Source: Trueperaceae bacterium (GTDB lineage: Bacteria; Deinococcota; Deinococci; Deinococcales; Trueperaceae). From it: a stretch of DNA of 64,000 nucleotides. This document shows, in pieces, positions 1 through 9,089 of the stretch. The stretch is from positions 4,288,001 to 4,352,000 of the forward strand of contig OZ243927.1 in the NCBI GenBank assembly GCA_965213925.1, written 5' to 3'. The first letter of the stretch is position 1. Each line of letters opens with the position of its first letter. Both the position numbers and the translations under genes were made by a program. The notes under the pieces are model-generated. The model saw nothing but the letters and a program-made list of their open reading frames with translations, was not told the origin of the DNA and made no database searches.

Positions 1-1
1 G

Positions 2-214
2 AACCTCGCGACGCTCGATCCAGAAACAGACGCACTGGTTGCTTTCTTCCATCCACGTAGTGATACCTGGACCGAACACTTCAGTTTAGAGGAAGGGCGC
101 ATTGTCGGAAGAACCGTTAAAGGACGAGCGACGGTGCGTATTTTCCGTTTCAACGATGACATGAGGATAAAGCAGCGCCTTACCCTCAAGCGTCAAGGTC
201 GGTATTCTCGATAA
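2..214 (+). CDS. 3' end of an HNH endonuclease family protein (partial, runs off window)
   Basis: Own translation of frame 2: NLATLDPETDALVAFFHPRSDTWTEHFSLEEGRIVGRTVKGRATVRIFRFN...RYSR*; resembles the DP...LFxPR..W.EHF...GRATV tail of small HNH proteins. Confidence 0.7.
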   Translation, partial: NLATLDPETDALVAFFHPRSDTWTEHFSLEEGRIVGRTVKGRATVRIFRFNDDMRIKQRLTLKRQGRYSR

Positions 215-248
215 CGACTGCGACCATAACTCGCAGTCTATAGACTAG

Positions 249-1142
249 CTACGCCGCCGTTTCCTGCTGCCGCGCCGACTCCTCTTGCCCCGCTTGGTCC
301 AGCGCACGAAAATCCTCGTCACTAAGCTCTAAAGACGCCGCCGCGACATTTTCCTCCAGGTGAGACACGCTACTCGTCCCAGGAATCGGCAGCATGACCG
401 GGCTGCGCTTCAAAATCCAGGCGAGCGCCACCTGTGAGGGCGAGGCGTCTAGGTGCTGTGTCACCTCGTCCATCACGCTGCCTTTTTCGGCTAAGCTGCC
501 CGACGCGAGCGGGAACCAGGGGATAAAGCCGATGTTCTCCCCCTCGCAGTACTCCAAGACCTCTTCGTGCTGGCGCGTCACCAGGTTGTAGAGGTTTTGC
601 ACGCTCGCCACTTCGAAGTGTTCGCGCGCCGCTTTAATCTCCTCTACACTGACTTCGCTCAGCCCGACGTGGCGGATGAGGCCCTCTCGCTGCATCGCGG
701 CAATCTCTTCAAACTGCTCCTCACGCGGCACTTTCGGGTCGATGCGGTGGAGTTGCCAGAGGTCGATACGCTCGACCTTTAGGCGGCGCAGGCTCATCAG
801 CACGCACTGGCGCAGGTATTCGGGGCGACCCACGGGCGGCCACGCGTTCGGACCGTGCCGGGTCAGCCCGCCCTTCGTGGCGATGAGGAGCCCGTCGTAA
901 GGATGCAGCGCCTCATAGAGCAAATCTTCGCTCACAAAAGGACCGTAAGAGTCCGCCGTGTCGATAAAGTTGACGTCCAACTCGGGTAGACGTTTCAGAA
1001 CGCGTAAGGCTTCGTCCTTGTCGTCGGGCTGCCCCCAAATACCCTCACCCGTGACACGCATCGCGCCGTAACCCAAACGGTTAATTTCAATGTCACCACC
1101 CAGCTTAAAGGTGCCGCTCGCCTTTGCACTAACCTCGCTCAT
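249..1142 (-). CDS. Aldo/keto reductase
   Basis: [30 protein letters not shown] and PIPGTSS motifs; start moved to MSEVSAK (1142), which follows a GAAGGGAG RBS. Confidence 0.9.
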   Translation of the reverse strand: MSEVSAKASGTFKLGGDIEINRLGYGAMRVTGEGIWGQPDDKDEALRVLKRLPELDVNFIDTADSYGPFVSEDLLYEALHPYDGLLIATKGGLTRHGPNAWPPVGRPEYLRQCVLMSLRRLKVERIDLWQLHRIDPKVPREEQFEEIAAMQREGLIRHVGLSEVSVEEIKAAREHFEVASVQNLYNLVTRQHEEVLEYCEGENIGFIPWFPLASGSLAEKGSVMDEVTQHLDASPSQVALAWILKRSPVMLPIPGTSSVSHLEENVAAASLELSDEDFRALDQAGQEESARQQETAA

Positions 1143-1240
1143 AGACTTGCTCCCTTCGCAGGGGAGTGTAGCGCTGACCTGAAATCTTGTATGTAGGGAG
1201 CGTAACGATAAAGCAATCAGGAAAAAAGTTAAAAGCAACC

Positions 1241-1350
1241 TAGTCGAGCTGGGCGAACGGCGAGCAGTGAGCCATGAGTTGAAAATCTCTGGTTTTCACT
1301 CACTACTCACCGTTCGTCCCCGAAAGGGGATTGCTCGGTACTCGTTGCTG
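1241..1350. repeat. Heptamer-based (GCAATGA/GCAGTGA) hairpin repeat
   Basis: GAGCAGTGAGCCATGAG...CTCACTACTCACCG...GGATTGCTCGGTACTCGTTGCT; near-identical segments at 13121-13218. Confidence 0.65.
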
Positions 1351-1374
1351 CCTTTTTGAGCTAAACTGGGAGGA

Positions 1375-2436
1375 GTGTTCGACAAACTTCTCAATTACAT
1401 TTCCAAAGCGACGAGCGTGCAGCCTCAGTACACCTCGGAGCACTGTCTCGTCGTGACGAGAGCGGTGGGCGGCTGCAAGGTCTGCGCCGACACCTGCCCG
1501 CACAACGCCATCACTATCAAGCGCCAGGTCGAGATTGACGACATCGACTGTACGGGTTGCGGGCTCTGCGTGCAGGCGTGTCCGTCACAAGCTCTGGAGA
1601 GCAGCGTGTCATATCAGCCGGGTGCGCCTCTAAAGTGTTCACAGGTGCGCGGCTCGGCGCAGAGCGTGCAGTGCTTGGCGCGGCTCCAACCCTCCGACCT
1701 CTTGCGACTCGCGAGCAAAAAGGGCAAGGTGACGCTGGTTCGAAATGAATGTGAGGGGTGTAAAATCGGCGCGGCGGCGGTGAAAGAGGCCGTTGACGCG
1801 CTGTTCGAGCGCGCAGAGACGCTGGCGCAACTTAAAGGGCTCGAGCTAGAAACGAGCGTTCTCGTAACCGAGCACTACGATACCACCGACAACCCCGACC
1901 CCGTAAGCCGCCGCGACCTCTTGCGCGGCGGCTGGCGCGGGGCGCAGCGCGGCGCTGCCGACGTGCTCGCGCCCCTAGAGGTCTTAAACGCCGCTGAGGA
2001 GGCGGAAAAAGGGCTCCCCACCGAACTCAAAAAGCACTACGGGCTCATCGAGGCGGCGAAGCCTGCGCCCGAGACGCCCGTTCCTTGGATCTTGCCCCGC
2101 GTCGCGGAAGGCTGCATTATGTGTCCGGTCTGCACGAACGTCTGCCCGACCGGAGCCTTTCACCGCGAGTTGGAGCCCGTGCAGGTGGGGGGCGGCGTTT
2201 TGAAGCTCGAGCCCGAACGCTGCAACGGCTGCAACGCCTGTGTGACCTCCTGTCCGGTCAAGGTCATTTCACTAGACGAAGAGGTGACGTGGGCGGAGCT
2301 TTCGGGCGGACCGGAAGAGGTCTACCGGAAGGACGGAAGCGCGGCGCAAGGAACCGTCGCGCGCGCGCCACGAGCTAGGAAACCTGCAGAGGATTCATCT
2401 AAAAATCCAGTAGACGACTCGTCAAATAACCCCTAA
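1375..2436 (+). CDS. Multi-[4Fe-4S] ferredoxin-type protein
   Basis: Several CxxCxxCxxxCP motifs (CTGCGLCVQACP, CIMCPVCTNVCP, CNGCNACVTSCP); GGAGGA RBS before GTG. Confidence 0.85.
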   Translation: MFDKLLNYISKATSVQPQYTSEHCLVVTRAVGGCKVCADTCPHNAITIKRQVEIDDIDCTGCGLCVQACPSQALESSVSYQPGAPLKCSQVRGSAQSVQCLARLQPSDLLRLASKKGKVTLVRNECEGCKIGAAAVKEAVDALFERAETLAQLKGLELETSVLVTEHYDTTDNPDPVSRRDLLRGGWRGAQRGAADVLAPLEVLNAAEEAEKGLPTELKKHYGLIEAAKPAPETPVPWILPRVAEGCIMCPVCTNVCPTGAFHRELEPVQVGGGVLKLEPERCNGCNACVTSCPVKVISLDEEVTWAELSGGPEEVYRKDGSAAQGTVARAPRARKPAEDSSKNPVDDSSNNP

Positions 2437-2466
2437 CTTTTCATGCTAAGGGCGTAAGATAGCAGC

Positions 2467-2709
2467 GTGACGGTAGACACTTGGGTTTTAGAGGCGCTAA
2501 GAAGTGCTGGCAGTCGCGGTTTGACCCTGCGCGAAGTGCAGCGCTATATCGACGAGCACCGCTACGAAGAGCTTGCGGTGGATACGCTGCGGCGCTCACT
2601 CAATCACCTGAAAGAGCAGGGCAACGTCGAGCAGCAAGATGAGCGTTACGTCGCCGTATCAAAAACGAGTAAGGAAGACGCACTTAAAAAGCTATTCGGA
2701 GATGCTTGA
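2467..2709 (+). CDS. Small winged-helix-like hypothetical protein
   Basis: 80 aa with a wHTH-like pattern (GLTLREVQRYI...TLRRSLNHLKEQGNV); TAAGAT 6 nt upstream suggests a leaderless transcript. Confidence 0.65.
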   Translation: MTVDTWVLEALRSAGSRGLTLREVQRYIDEHRYEELAVDTLRRSLNHLKEQGNVEQQDERYVAVSKTSKEDALKKLFGDA

Positions 2710-2883
2710 GGCTTCATACTTAGGACAAATAGTGAGTACAAACCACGTTTCGCCGTCTCTCGCGGTTTAGGCTACAGATATCCAGAGCATGGGGCGCGCC
2801 ATACATCGTTGTCTGGTCCATCCAGAAATGTGTGGCAAAAAAAGCGCCGCGGAAGGTACAAAAACCCGCAAGGAGGGGCAAAC

Positions 2884-3732
2884 GTGGCACAAACAGGCGA
2901 AGGAGCAAGGGACACCGCGGACAAAGCGTCATCCGGTGAGGTGGCGGCGTGGGTCAAAGGGCTCGCGCGGTTCGGTTACGCGGCGAAGGGAATCGTCTAC
3001 GCCATCATCGGCGTTTTAGCGGCACAAGCGGCGTTCGGCGGCGGAGGGCAGACGACCGGACAGTCGGGTGCGCTGCAACAGGTGGTGAGTCAACCGTTTG
3101 GGCGCATCATGCTAGGTGTCGTCGCGGTGGGACTTGTTGGCTACGCGATTTGGCGCTTAGTGCAGGCGATCATGGACCCCGAGCAAGAGGGGACGGATGG
3201 CGAAGGCATCGTTAAACGCATCGGTTTCGCGATTAGCGGGCTTGTCTACCTAGGTCTCGCCTTTACCTCGTATCAGATTATTCGCGGTACGGGCGGCGGA
3301 GGCGGCAGCAGCGCCGAAGACTTCACGGCGCGGCTCATGTCGCAACCGTTCGGGCGGTGGATGGTGGGCATCGTCGGGCTAATTATCATCGGCGTCGGCT
3401 TTTTTCAGCTTTATAAAGGGTTCGCCGCGAAGTTCCGCAAGGACTTAAAAATCAGCGAGATGGGCGACACTGAGGAGACTTGGGCGACGCGAGCGGGGCG
3501 TGTCGGGCTCGCCGCAAGAGGTGTCGTCTACGGTGTCATCGGTGTGCTGCTCATTCAAGCCGCGTTGCAAGCGAACCCGCAACAAGCGGGCGGGTTAGGG
3601 CAAGCGCTCAGTACGCTGGCGCGCCAGCCTTATGGCCCGTGGATTTTGGGTCTCGTCGCGCTAGGTCTTATCGCCTATGGCGCTTACGCCGCTTTAGTGC
3701 TGGCGCGGTTTCGTAAAATCGAGGTGCGTTAA
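2884..3732 (+). CDS. DUF1206 membrane protein
   Basis: Repeated ARFGYAAKGIVY / GRVGLAARGVVY and QPFG units; AGGAGG RBS at 2871 supports the GTG start at 2884. Confidence 0.85.
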   Translation: MAQTGEGARDTADKASSGEVAAWVKGLARFGYAAKGIVYAIIGVLAAQAAFGGGGQTTGQSGALQQVVSQPFGRIMLGVVAVGLVGYAIWRLVQAIMDPEQEGTDGEGIVKRIGFAISGLVYLGLAFTSYQIIRGTGGGGGSSAEDFTARLMSQPFGRWMVGIVGLIIIGVGFFQLYKGFAAKFRKDLKISEMGDTEETWATRAGRVGLAARGVVYGVIGVLLIQAALQANPQQAGGLGQALSTLARQPYGPWILGLVALGLIAYGAYAALVLARFRKIEVR

Positions 3733-3766
3733 AGGTTTCGTCAAACGTTTTTTCGCATTCTGGACA

Positions 3767-3808
3767 TACAAAAGGCTCGAGTCAACACTAAAACTCGAGC
3801 CTTTTGTA
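3767..3808. terminator. Intrinsic terminator-like hairpin
   Basis: TACAAAAGGCTCGAGT...ACTCGAGCCTTTTGTA perfect inverted repeat just after the DUF1206 gene. Confidence 0.75.
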
Positions 3809-3841
3809 TCCTCTCCGCGGTGTGACGCGGCCGTCAAATAA

Positions 3842-3966
3842 TACGGAATTGCATGATTTACTTATCCTTACGGAGGGCGTTAGAGCTTTTCAGCGAAGCG
3901 CCGAGTTTACGTCCCACCACAGATGGGCACGGCTTAGTTTTGCAAACTAAGCCGTGCAACCTCGTA
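3842..3966. mobile_element. MITE, TACG-ended, with TAA target-site duplication
   Basis: Imperfect TIRs TACGGAATTGCATGATTTAC / TACGAGGTTGCACGGCTTAG (rc); TAA at 3839-41 and 3967-69; internal 14-bp hairpin. Confidence 0.6.
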
Positions 3967-4036
3967 TAACAAACGCAAGTCAGCCTCCCTCACAAAATTT
4001 TGTCCAGCGGGAGCGAATAATAGAGAGGGAGGCTCT

Positions 4037-4291
4037 ATGCTACTCGTTCTAGGTATCATCTCGCTCGCCGCTGCCGCGCTCGGACTGCTCTGGTTTACAC
4101 GTGCAAGAAATAAAAGGGATCAAACCTCCACCGAACAGGCGGACTTAAACCGTGCCGGCAGCCTTATCTTCACCTTCGTCAGTCTTGTCGTCGGCGCGGT
4201 CTCGCTCGTTCTCTACTTCACGAATTTCCCGGACTCCGCCGGGCAACTTGACGGGGCAAGCCTATATATAACGTTCAGGTGGAGCATATAG
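4037..4291 (+). CDS. Small two-TM hypothetical membrane protein
   Basis: GGGAGG RBS; two hydrophobic segments. Confidence 0.65.
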   Translation: MLLVLGIISLAAAALGLLWFTRARNKRDQTSTEQADLNRAGSLIFTFVSLVVGAVSLVLYFTNFPDSAGQLDGASLYITFRWSI

Positions 4292-4307
4292 AGGAGTCCA
4301 TAAGCCT

Positions 4308-5045
4308 ATGATCGTCGCCGTCGTGCTCGGCGGCTCGGACCGTGACGACTCGCTCGCTAGAGAGGCGGGCGTCGCCGCGAAAGCGCTCGTCCCCATTGGC
4401 GGCAGACCGATGGCGAGCTACGTTTTAGAGGCGCTGCGCGAGAGCGCGGCGATTTCAGCGTCTATTTATGTAGGCAGTGCAACGCCCGAGATACGCGCGC
4501 TAGCGGCACAAACCCTCGAGTCGGGCGAGAGCTTAACGGCGAGTTTGAGCGTGGGGCTGGACGCGGCGAAAGCGCTACGCCCGGAGCGCGTGCTCGCGGT
4601 TTCCGCCGATCTGCCCTGGCTTACGGCTGACACGGTCGATACCTTTATTAGCGATGCGCCCAAAGCCGCGGCCGTTTATCCCATCATTCCCAAAGAGGTC
4701 GCCGAGCGGCAGTTTCCGGAACAAAAGCGCACCTACGCCAAGTTAAAAGAGGGCGCGTTTACGGGCGGCAACGCGGTGCTTTTAGAGCCGCGCATCTTGC
4801 CGACCTTACTCCCTTTCGTCGACCGCGCTTACGAAGGACGCAAAAACCCGTTCAGCTTAGCGAAACTCGTAGGCGTTCGTTTTGCGCTTCAACTCGTCAC
4901 GGGCAGGCTCACAGTCACTGCCTTGGAGCGCCGTATAAGCGAGATTTTAGGGATGAGCGTGCGCGCTTTTCAGAGTCAAGATGCGGCGCTCGGCGCGGAC
5001 GTGGATAAGCCCGAACACCTCAAAACTTGGCGCAAACGGGTTTAA
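4308..5045 (+). CDS. MobA-like NTP transferase / nucleotidyltransferase family protein
   Basis: AVVLGG...KALVPIGGRPM, SADLP and DVDKPEH motifs. Confidence 0.8.
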   Translation: MIVAVVLGGSDRDDSLAREAGVAAKALVPIGGRPMASYVLEALRESAAISASIYVGSATPEIRALAAQTLESGESLTASLSVGLDAAKALRPERVLAVSADLPWLTADTVDTFISDAPKAAAVYPIIPKEVAERQFPEQKRTYAKLKEGAFTGGNAVLLEPRILPTLLPFVDRAYEGRKNPFSLAKLVGVRFALQLVTGRLTVTALERRISEILGMSVRAFQSQDAALGADVDKPEHLKTWRKRV

Positions 5046-5184
5046 GGGGTAGTGATACGGGTCTTTCGAGACCCACAATGCGACGTGACGAGTGAAAGTT
5101 ATCGCAGTTTTACGCGGCAATCTCGAGCACAATAGACTCTAGGATTATGACGACGCTTCTCCACAACGATTCGGGTGACCCTTC

Positions 5185-5988
5185 ATGCGCGTTTTAGCCC
5201 TCTTCGCGGACCGTCAGCAAGGGCGCGCGCTGGGCGAGCGCTTTTACGCGCGCTTCGGCGACAAGCTAGACATGCACGTGCTACCTGACGCTTTCTCCGC
5301 GACGGAGAAGTTGGAGCGCTTTACCCCAGACCTCATCATCTGCGCCGCGAAAGTTGGCAAGATGAAAGGGCTGGACTTTCACGCCTTTATCCGCCGCGAT
5401 CCCAAGTTCCAGCAGGCCGCCTTTATCTTGCTCGACTCGGACGCGAAAGACAAACTCGCCTCGCCGCTCAGCGCCGCCTTACACACCTACGCGCCGCCCG
5501 AAGAGGTGTTGCGCGCGGCCTTTAAGCTGATGCTCAGTAACGGCAAGCTGCGCGACACGCGGCACGACTCGAGGGAGCACACCCCGGTCAACACGCCGCT
5601 ACGCGCCTCGGGACGTCCCGACATGACCTCTAGCGCCAAGGCGTCGGGCTCGTTCGAAGTGCTCACCCTCTTCGACCTCGTGACCTCGCTCACGCAGAAG
5701 AAAAATTCGGGCACGCTCCTCTTGCGCCTAGGTTTAACCAACGCCACCCTCGTTTTCGACGCGGGTCAGCTCGTTCACGCTCGCTTTGGCAGCGCATCTG
5801 GCGAAGCGGCGCTCATCTCGAGCTTCTTAGCCGCCGAAAGCGACCCCGATGCGAGCTACGAATTCGTTAAAGACAGCCCGCCCTTACCCGAGGAAGCGTA
5901 CACGCTGCACGCGCCCGTGCAAGAGCTGCTCCTCACCGTCGCCGTCAAACTCGATCATCACCGCTTGGGCGAACCCGAACTGAGCTAG
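5185..5988 (+). CDS. Receiver-like domain fused to DUF4388 (PATAN-like) domain
   Basis: N-terminal PDLII...MKGLDF receiver pattern; C-terminal GSFEVLTLFDLV...KNSGTL...FDAGQLVHARFG. Confidence 0.75.
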   Translation: MRVLALFADRQQGRALGERFYARFGDKLDMHVLPDAFSATEKLERFTPDLIICAAKVGKMKGLDFHAFIRRDPKFQQAAFILLDSDAKDKLASPLSAALHTYAPPEEVLRAAFKLMLSNGKLRDTRHDSREHTPVNTPLRASGRPDMTSSAKASGSFEVLTLFDLVTSLTQKKNSGTLLLRLGLTNATLVFDAGQLVHARFGSASGEAALISSFLAAESDPDASYEFVKDSPPLPEEAYTLHAPVQELLLTVAVKLDHHRLGEPELS

Positions 5989-6181
5989 GTACAAATGCGC
6001 TTAGAGAAGAGGACGGCGCTACCGGGCTCGTCACCCGGTCGAGGCGCACCCAACTATCTGGTCATCCGCCGAGCACGCCGCTGCAATAGCCGGGAAGCCT
6101 GCAACGTTTATCTTCTCTTGGTGTACACTATTCTCAGCATCACAATTTTATTTGAACGAATTTCAAATCAAGAGGTGTATC

Positions 6182-6700
6182 TTGCAACGAGTCGCTATTT
6201 TCATCGACGGCAGCAATCTGTATAACGGCATGAGGGAAAACCTCTCTAACACCAGAGTCAACTTGCAAAGCTTCGTTCAACAGCTTTTGAGCGAGCGAGA
6301 CTTAGTGCGTATTTACTACTACAACGCGCCCTTGACCGACGATTACGAGAGCGACCTGCGCGAAGGGCAGCAGCGCTTTTTCGAGTCGCTACGGCGCATT
6401 CCTTATGTGACGGTGCGTTTAGGACGTCTGCACCGCCGCCACGACGGGTCATTGGTGGAAAAAGGCATCGACGTGGCGATCGCCGTTGAATCTTTAGCCC
6501 TCGCTTACGAAGACGCTTACGACACGGCGCTCATCGTGAGCGGCGACGGCGACTACGTGCAACTCGTCGAGGCGATCAAGCGCAAAGGCAAGCACGTGGA
6601 GTGCGCGATGTTTCGCAATCAGTCGGCGGGCGTGTTGTTGGAATATGTGGACGTGTTTCACCCGTTGGATGACCTTAACTGGTCGAAGGTGCTGTTTTAG
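6182..6700 (+). CDS. NYN-domain (PIN-like, LabA/DUF88) protein
   Basis: IFIDGSNLY, EKGIDV and VSGDGDY motifs; GAGGTG RBS before TTG 6182. Confidence 0.9.
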   Translation: MQRVAIFIDGSNLYNGMRENLSNTRVNLQSFVQQLLSERDLVRIYYYNAPLTDDYESDLREGQQRFFESLRRIPYVTVRLGRLHRRHDGSLVEKGIDVAIAVESLALAYEDAYDTALIVSGDGDYVQLVEAIKRKGKHVECAMFRNQSAGVLLEYVDVFHPLDDLNWSKVLF

Positions 6701-7016
6701 GGAGAAGAGGTGTGTCGTACGGAGGCTCGAGCTTCCCCTACCCGCAAATATAAATATCGACCTCGCCAGACGAATGATTCAAGAGAGTGTTGCCGAACGC
6801 AAACTCAATGTCACACTACAAGACACTCTCAACGCTTTTCCAGGCTCTACTCACTGGCACCTCAAACGGGGGCGTCAAGTGGGTATTTTGGAAGTCACCT
6901 TTTGGTCTGAGCAGCGCCGCATCTGGTTCTCTGTTCACAAAAACCGCACAGCACCCTGGATTGAAGAAGAGGTAGACGCCTATGAGCTTTTGCGACGCCG
7001 TCTTGCCAGTGCTTAA
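6669..7016 (+). CDS. Hypothetical protein (start uncertain)
   Basis: Protein-like stretch FPGSTHWHLKRGRQVGILEVTFW; no clear in-frame start next to the RBS at 6701. Confidence 0.5.
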   Translation: MTLTGRRCCFREKRCVVRRLELPLPANINIDLARRMIQESVAERKLNVTLQDTLNAFPGSTHWHLKRGRQVGILEVTFWSEQRRIWFSVHKNRTAPWIEEEVDAYELLRRRLASA

Positions 7017-7102
7017 ACCTTCGTTCTCATCTCACGAGTACATACAGCCTGCATAATCTTTCTTATCTCAACCTCTTGGTGCGATAAGAAAGGCGGTCAA
7101 AT

Positions 7103-7960
7103 ATGAGCAAGGTGTACCTCATCACTGGAACGAGTAGCGGCTTCGGGCGGGCGTTAGCGGAAGCTGCATTAGCGCAGGGCAACCAAGTTGTTTTGACGGC
7201 GCGTAGACCTGAAAGCGTCGCGGAGCTTGAGCAAGTTGGGGGCGAAAACGCACTCACCGTCAAGCTCGACGTGACGAGCGCCGAGGATAGACAAGCCGCG
7301 GTAGACGTCTCGGTAGAGCGCTTCGGACGCTTGGACGTTTTAGTCAACAACGCCGGACGCGGTAGCTTGGGCGCGGCGGAGGCGTTTTCAAGCGAGCAAC
7401 TTAGGGCTCAGATGGAGGTCAACTTCTTCGGCGCGGTAGAGATGACTCGCGCGGCGCTTCCCGTAATGCGTGAGCAAAAAAGCGGACACATCGTAAACAT
7501 CTCGAGCGTCGGCGGTCTCGCCGCTGTAGGCGGCTTCTCGCTCTACTGCGCGTCGAAGTTTGCGCTCGAGGGCTTCTCGGAGAGCCTCCGCGATGAGGTC
7601 GCGCCTCTAGGCATCTTTGTGACCATCGTCGAGCCGGGCGCGTTCCGTACCGAGTTCGCGGGCGACGCGAATATGCAACCCGAAGAAAATATCGACGCCT
7701 ATGAGAGCGTTATCGAGCCTATTCGTCAGTATCTTTACGGCAGCAGCGGTCAGCAGCCCGGCGATCCGCGTAGAGCGGCGCTCGCGATGATTCAAACGGT
7801 AGAGAGCGACACGCCCCCGCTACGCCTCATGCTCGGCGCGGACGCTTACGGGCTGTGGGAGAAGAAGCTTTCGGAGATGAACGAAGAGCTTGCGCAGTGG
7901 CGTGAGGTGGGCGAGAATACGGCGTTTCCAGATGCAGAGGTAGGCACCATCGGCGGCTAG
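7103..7960 (+). CDS. SDR family oxidoreductase
   Basis: ITGTSSGFG, VNNAG and YCASK motifs. Confidence 0.92.
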   Translation: MSKVYLITGTSSGFGRALAEAALAQGNQVVLTARRPESVAELEQVGGENALTVKLDVTSAEDRQAAVDVSVERFGRLDVLVNNAGRGSLGAAEAFSSEQLRAQMEVNFFGAVEMTRAALPVMREQKSGHIVNISSVGGLAAVGGFSLYCASKFALEGFSESLRDEVAPLGIFVTIVEPGAFRTEFAGDANMQPEENIDAYESVIEPIRQYLYGSSGQQPGDPRRAALAMIQTVESDTPPLRLMLGADAYGLWEKKLSEMNEELAQWREVGENTAFPDAEVGTIGG

Positions 7961-8037
7961 AGGGGTATTTTGGCGCTCGAGAAGCGGTTAATACGGTTCT
8001 CGGTGATTCCCGTAAGAATTGACCCGAGTGTAACTAT

Positions 8038-8202
8038 TACACTGTCAACTAAGTATTGATACTTCTTACTGATGTCACCCTGAGCCGAAGGCGTAAGGGT
8101 CTCGTCTTGCAGTCTCGGCTGGTTGGGAATAAAAGACGAGATTCTTTCACTCCACTTCGTTGCGTTCAGAATGACATGATTCATCTTTTAGTCGACAGAG
8201 TA
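8038..8202 (+). mobile_element. MITE family A copy 1 (TACACyGTCAACTAA ends, internal GTCA...TGAC REP-like pair)
   Basis: Homologous to 29383-29616, 40272-40438 and 58766-58931. Confidence 0.8.
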
Positions 8203-8203
8203 C

Positions 8204-8342
8204 TATAGCGATTAACGCAAGTACTGAGTTTGAATCACGCTTACGAAGTTTTGCCTCCGGCAAAAGTATCATCACAACTAAGTGCGTGCTAGAGCGTGCG
8301 CTCTCCTCTCAGATTGGCTCAAACCAAATGATACTTGCTATA
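8204..8342 (-). mobile_element. MITE family B copy 1 (TATAGC...GCTATA ends)
   Basis: Reverse complement aligns with 48180-48360 at both ends. Confidence 0.7.
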
Positions 8343-8353
8343 ATTGAAAAGAC

Positions 8354-8443
8354 TACGGATTCCGATGAGCTTCACAGCAGTACTCCCGTCGGAAACGGAA
8401 CCAACTTTGCAAGAGTTTATGCAGTAATCAATCGGAACCCGTA
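8354..8443 (+). mobile_element. MITE family C short copy (TACGGATTCCG...CGGAACCCGTA)
   Basis: Ends match those of the mazF insertion at 16742-17006. Confidence 0.6.
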
Positions 8444-8523
8444 TAAGTGGAATGATAGATTCGTTGCTTTCAACCCACCTCTATTCTCACCCTACAGCGC
8501 CGCCGAACAGCAAGTAGATACGT

Positions 8524-9069
8524 TTAGAGACCCGTGTAAATATCCGAGAAAGCTAAAGAGGTCTTAAGACACCCGAACTCAACCTCATCCGTTTCACGCC
8601 ACACCTGCGCTTTCCAGCCCTCAGGCGTGCGGATATAGCCCTCGACATGTGGTGTCTGCGCGTCAATCATGATGTAGCTGGTCAGACTAGGCAGGGTAAA
8701 ATACGCCTCGGCTTTCTCGCGTCTATCTATACCAGATGTCGAGGGAGACAAAACCTCCACGATGAGACAGGGGTGTTCTTTGTAATAGGCGTCGTTTTCC
8801 TGTTCACAGGTGACGAGCAGGTCGGGATAGTAAAAGCGCCCTTCGGGAATACGCACTTTCATGTCGGTGGTGTAGAGTTGGCAGCCTTTTTGCTGGCTTG
8901 CGTCGTCCAAGCGCTTGATTAGGTTAATGATGATGCGAACATGTCTATCGCTTGCGCCCGCAAACGCAAAGAGCCGCCCACGAACGTACTCGTGCTTAAC
9001 TGGAGAGGTCTTTTCACCTTCCAAGTATTCCTCTATGCTCACGAAGTCGAGAACTTTCGCGGTGCTCAT
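8524..9069 (-). CDS. Uma2 family endonuclease
   Basis: KHEYVRG, YYPDLLV, IVEVLSPST and DRREK motifs. Confidence 0.9.
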   Translation of the reverse strand: MSTAKVLDFVSIEEYLEGEKTSPVKHEYVRGRLFAFAGASDRHVRIIINLIKRLDDASQQKGCQLYTTDMKVRIPEGRFYYPDLLVTCEQENDAYYKEHPCLIVEVLSPSTSGIDRREKAEAYFTLPSLTSYIMIDAQTPHVEGYIRTPEGWKAQVWRETDEVEFGCLKTSLAFSDIYTGL

Positions 9070-9089
9070 AACTTTATTTTAGCGCTTTT

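Noticed and set aside
3834..3854. Minus-strand mini-ORF MQFRII followed by a terminator (attenuator-like)
   Set aside because: It straddles the MITE end and there is no co-oriented gene downstream to regulate.
7957..8567. 75-aa and 93-aa ORFs
   Set aside because: They run through stacked MITE sequence and overlap real genes at their ends.
2..9069. Defence island made of HNH, NYN and Uma2 nucleases
   Set aside because: The genes are scattered singletons among metabolic genes, not co-transcribed, and have no partner ATPase or methylase.
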